Positions 63,331 to 64,000 of a stretch of DNA of 64,000 bases are shown here, piece by piece. Source of the stretch: Phoronis australis (lineage: Eukaryota > Animalia > Phoronida); assembly GCA_002633005.1 (NCBI GenBank), contig NMRA01000071.1, positions 949,961 through 1,013,960 on the forward strand, in the 5' to 3' direction. Below the pieces are notes generated by a model. The model was not told where the DNA came from. It saw only the letters and a list, made by a program, of their open reading frames with translations, and did not search any database. Numbering within the stretch: the stretch's first letter is position 1; every line of letters starts with the position of its first letter. The position numbers were made by a program, and so were the translations under genes.

Positions 63331-64000
63331 TACGAGAAACTAGCCAGTCTGCCTAAGTCACTAACTTTCCTTAAGCTTGTACATAAGTTAACTCTCAGAT
63401 AAGGCTTCGCTTTTTAGTTAAGTGAGATTGAGTGTAATATGAATTTGAAAGATGAAAACCGAAATACCAGCATCTTTAAATGAATTGGAAAGCAAAATTT
63501 CAACCAGAACACTGACTATACATCCTAAATTTTACTGACAAAATCACAACAAGTGTTGCTATATTGCAGTTTGCATTTACCTCAGTTTCTACAATATCAC
63601 ATCAATAACAACTGGTTAAATCACTCAGTTTGATAAGATTCCTTTGGACATCAAATGAATATCATATCTAGACAACAAATGTCAACATAGTGGTACTCAT
63701 TAAACATAACATCACGCTATGATTTCCAGAATTACATAATTCACTGACAGCTGAAGTGAAATGAAATTCCGGCATGCAGGTTTTCAGTTAAAATTGGAAC
63801 TTATAATGCTATAACTACAGCATTCATCAATATATGTATAGAAAAATATACTTCCTGTAGTGAACTAAAAAGAAGACGCATGGCAACAATATCGGTTGTT
63901 GAAAAGTGAAAGTCGATGAGATATTGCATTTTACGCTTGCAAAATTACAGGCCACTAGATGCACATAATCTCAGACTAAACTTGCAACTAACACAAGACG

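Noticed and set aside
61000-64000. Next paralog B exon (equivalent of CVDKT..YDVLFIG)
   Set aside because: No matching open frame was found; the candidate cag|TGTGTTGAG near 61492 hits a stop. The exon probably lies beyond the window.

Overview
AT-rich, intron-rich, repeat-dense genomic DNA from a metazoan, probably a marine invertebrate (inferred from gene and TE content). It has one N gap (34708-34848) and four single-N joins. The main content is two tandem, same-strand semaphorin-1A-like paralogs whose exons can be read directly from the sequence. Paralog A has 11 exons at 15396-28956 (Sema+PSI, two GC-AG introns, 3' end unresolved). Paralog B has 8 exons at 44690-60914 and runs off the window. 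Paralog B introns are inflated by a Crypton-type tyrosine-recombinase relic, CR1/L2-type LINEs, an RT+RNase H LINE and a gypsy relic. Upstream lie an unrecognised intronless 538-aa ORF, a decayed ORF and a THAP relic. There are many minisatellites and MITE-like elements. Most notable: (i) the palindrome TACATGTA occurs at least 35 times, and within repeat arrays it appears as a 6-bp gain at a TA, which suggests a transposon-footprint-like mutational process; (ii) both semaphorins have lost canonical plexin-contact residues; (iii) a TA-flanked MITE has a tRNA-like core. All annotation was done by eye; no searches were run.
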